Positions 61,180 to 64,000 of a stretch of 64,000 bases of DNA are shown here, piece after piece (position 1 is the first letter of the stretch; each line of letters starts with the position of its first letter). A model generated the notes under the pieces. The model was not told the origin of the DNA. It searched no databases and was given only the letters and a program-made list of their open reading frames with translations. This DNA is from Eutreptiella sp. 'Long Island Sound 2002'. Lineage: Eukaryota; Protista; Euglenida. The translations under genes and the position numbers were made by a program. Location of the stretch: positions 82,708,001-82,772,000 of the forward strand of contig OZ038378.1 in the NCBI GenBank assembly GCA_964036045.1. Reading direction: 5' to 3'.

Positions 61180-63345
61180 GGCCTATTTGTACGCCACTTC
61201 TGATTTCGTCCCCCGCTCGGGGGCGTTCAGGACCCCCCCCCCCCCTAGCCGCAGGGACTATGTAGCCACTTGGGCTTATTGTGGGCTACTTCTGGTTTTG
61301 TTCCTCGCTTTGGCGCGTTGGGGGACCCGCCAAAGAGCTCTCGTTGCCTAGCCACCCTGCCCATCTGGCGTCCACCTTTGATTTTGTCCCGCGCTATGAG
61401 GCGCCGCCCAGCCTTCCCACCCTCTGTATGGCTGTATCTTGACCTCAGAAAAGCCAGTACCCAATGGGGTTTTTAAATCCTAAGGACCTAAATAGCCTAG
61501 GGCCGGTGGCAGTGGCCCAGAAGGTTGACCCCTGACCGCCCCACCCCCCACGACCAGGTGACCCGAAAACACAGGTGTGTGGCCGAGAGGGGCCACCGCA
61601 AGCGAGCATGCCAGTGCGACGGTGGGAGCCAAAGTGGGACACAACAAACGCTACGCCCCAAACTCAGTCCGAAGGCGACAATGCCCTGAACCCAGTAGAA
61701 GCAGCCCGACTCTTACCCCATCCAGGGACGAGGGAAGGGACGAACTGCAAAGCACTGTCTGCGTGACACGGACAATCATGGAACTGAGAAGGCGATGAAG
61801 GTCGTGAGGCAGGCGCGGCTGGAGCTAAGTGGCGGGTCCACACCTGACCAATTCAGGCCCCTAGCCGCAGGGACTATGTAGCCACTTGGGCTTATTGTGG
61901 GCTACTTCTGGTTTTGTTCCCCGCTTTGGCGCGTTGGGGGACCCGCCAAAGAGCTCTCGTTGCCTAGCCACCCTGCCCATCTGGCATCCACCTTTGATTT
62001 TGTCCCGCGCTATGAGGCGTTCGAGACCTCCTAGGCGGCATGGGGTATATAGCCCACGAGCCAACTTGTGGGCCACTTGCGATTTTGTCCTGCGCTTTGT
62101 AGCGTCGGGGTCCACCCAGGCAACTCGGGTTATGTAGCCATATTGCCCATTTGGGGGCCACGTGTGATCTTCTCCCCCACTTGCAAGCATTTAGGACCCC
62201 TGAGGCGGCAGGGGTTATGTAGCCACCCTGCCCATTTGGGGTCAACCTTTGATTTTCTCCCGCGCTATGATGCGGTTGGGACCCCCTAGGCGGCAGGCCT
62301 CATATGGCCCACCACCCAAGTTGTGGGCCACTTCTGATTTTGTCCCGCTCTCTGGAGCGTAGGGGACACACCAAACGGCTCTGGTTATGTAGCCACCCTG
62401 CCCATTAGGGGGCCACCTCTCATGTCGTCCCGCGCCATGAACCGTACAAGACCCCCGAGGCGGCAAGGGTTATATTGCCCACCTGCCAACTTGTGGGCCA
62501 CTTCTCGTTTTGTTTTACATGCTTTAGCGTTGGGGACCCCCCAGGCGGCTGCGGTTATGTAGCCACCTTGCCCATTTGGCAACTACCTTTGGTCTTGTCC
62601 CGCACTCTGAAGCGTTTGTGATGCCCAAGGTGGCAAGTGTTACATAGTCCGCCAGCCAACGTGTGGGCCACTTGTGCTGTTGTCCTGTGCCATTGAAGCG
62701 ATGGGGACCCCCGAGGCAGCGAGGGTTATGTAGCCACCTTGCCCATTTGGGGGCCGCCTTTGACCTTGGCCCGCACCGTGAAGCATTTAGCACCCCGAAA
62801 GCGGCAGGGAACATATAGCCCACCGGCCAACTTGGGGGCCACTTTTGATTGTGTCCCGCATGTTGTAGCGTTGGGGAGTCCCTAGGAGGCTCGGGTTATG
62901 TAAACACCTTGCCCATTTGGGGGCGACCTTTGATCTTGTCCCGCACTTTGAAGCATTCAGGACCGCCAAGGCGCCATGGGTTATATAGCCCAGCAGCCAA
63001 CGTTTGGGCCACTCCTGATTTTGTCCTGCGCCATGTATGGTTGGGGACACCCCGGGTGGCTCGGGTTATGTAGCCAACTTCCCCATTTGGAGGGTAACTT
63101 TGATGTTGTCCCACAGTCTAAAGCATTTGAGACCCCCAACCTAGCAGGGGTTATATAGCCCACCCTCCAACTGGTGGGCCAGTTTTGATGTTGTCCTACG
63201 CCCTGAGGCGTTGGGGACCCCCGAGCCGGCTCGGGTTATGTAGCCATCTTGCCGATGTGGGGGCCACCTTTGATGTTGTCCCGCAGTCTCAAGCATTTAA
63301 AACCCCCAAGGCGGCAGGGGTTATATACCCCACCGGTCAAGTTTG
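61180..63345 (-). repeat. ~84-bp satellite array with a 454-bp insertion
   Basis: Reverse-complement monomers. Unique sequence at 61404-61857. Confidence 0.9.
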
Positions 63346-63374
63346 TACCCTTCGTGACCGGCCGTTTGAATCCG

Positions 63375-63662
63375 AGATTCACGGTACCGTGCATTTCACC
63401 CAATTTTGCTCTGTTTTGCTCGTAACTTGGTGCTATCGTGTGCTTTTGTCGTGCTACCTTCGCCCAAAGTAAGATCCAACAAATAGGTGCAATTTAGAGG
63501 TTTAAAGTCCCCACATGGTTTAACACATTTGGTGAGATTCACGTGAATGTGAAATTCACGCACCCAGATTCACGCAGAAATTCACGGTAGATTCACAGAT
63601 TCACGAGAACGTGAAATTCGCACGAAATTCGTACGAATTTCGTACGAATTTCGCACGAATTT
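63375..63662. repeat. AT-rich element end with GA(A)ATTC(A/G)CG repeats
   Basis: Clustered GATTCACG / GAAATTCGCAC units. Perfect 20-bp palindrome CGAAATTCGTACGAATTTCG at 63623-63642. Confidence 0.5.
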
Positions 63663-63727
63663 ACCCTCCTTTCCACTCTTTCGCTTTGTTACAGCTCTCA
63701 AAGCCTTCGCATTCTTCTCTTTGAATC

Positions 63728-64000
63728 ATGTCCCAGCAGACTATGTCCCAGCTCGCCAACCTGGCCTCGCGCCCCGACCCCGCAGCCAACACCCTCGCCC
63801 ACTACCAAGCCCTCCCCGTCGCCCACCATCAATTGGAGGAGGCGACGTACGGGTCGGGGGCACTGGGGGTGGATGACGTCGTGGGCTTGGCAGCCTCTCT
63901 CGACCCCTCCCCCGAGGTCATGCACATCGACATGCGCAGCCCCACCCGCAACTCCTACCTCGGGGGGAGGGGATGGGCCACAACCTTGTGGAGGGAACTG
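63728..64000 (+). CDS. 5' part of an unknown ORF running off the window
   Basis: ATG at 63728, 91 stop-free GC3-rich codons (MSQQTMSQLANLASRPDPAANTLAHYQALP...). No domain recognised. Confidence 0.4.
   Translation, partial: MSQQTMSQLANLASRPDPAANTLAHYQALPVAHHQLEEATYGSGALGVDDVVGLAASLDPSPEVMHIDMRSPTRNSYLGGRGWATTLWREL

Overview
Eukaryotic, repeat-dense genomic DNA. GC3-rich exons, GT(G/C)-type donors and long repeat-filled introns tentatively suggest a euglenozoan-type protist; this is inference only. Host genes: the two last exons of a CDC48/AFG2-like AAA+ ATPase (1497-1973, 4839-5264), one PI-PLC X-domain exon (17537-17731), and two unassigned GC3-rich coding stretches. Most of the rest is mobile or repetitive DNA. 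It includes a Penelope-like RT in the ATPase intron (FRDN in place of YxDD) and a TA-flanked TIR element carrying a SAM domain. There is a deleted PIF/Harbinger element with a B-box and an N6-adenine methyltransferase fragment, and a retroelement polyprotein remnant with gag-like, retropepsin and N6-adenine methyltransferase regions in one frame. There is also a hAT element (perfect 8-bp TSD) with tandem PHD fingers, and a Transib/RAG1-like element with structured introns. About 14 kb is an ~84-bp satellite joined at a fixed point to a dispersed module. Two related non-coding cassettes each carry hairpin minisatellites that differ in sequence but share structure. All TE ORFs are interrupted, mostly by TAG stops. 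No rRNA, tRNA or CRISPR array was recognised. Domain calls come from motif recognition by eye, not database searches.
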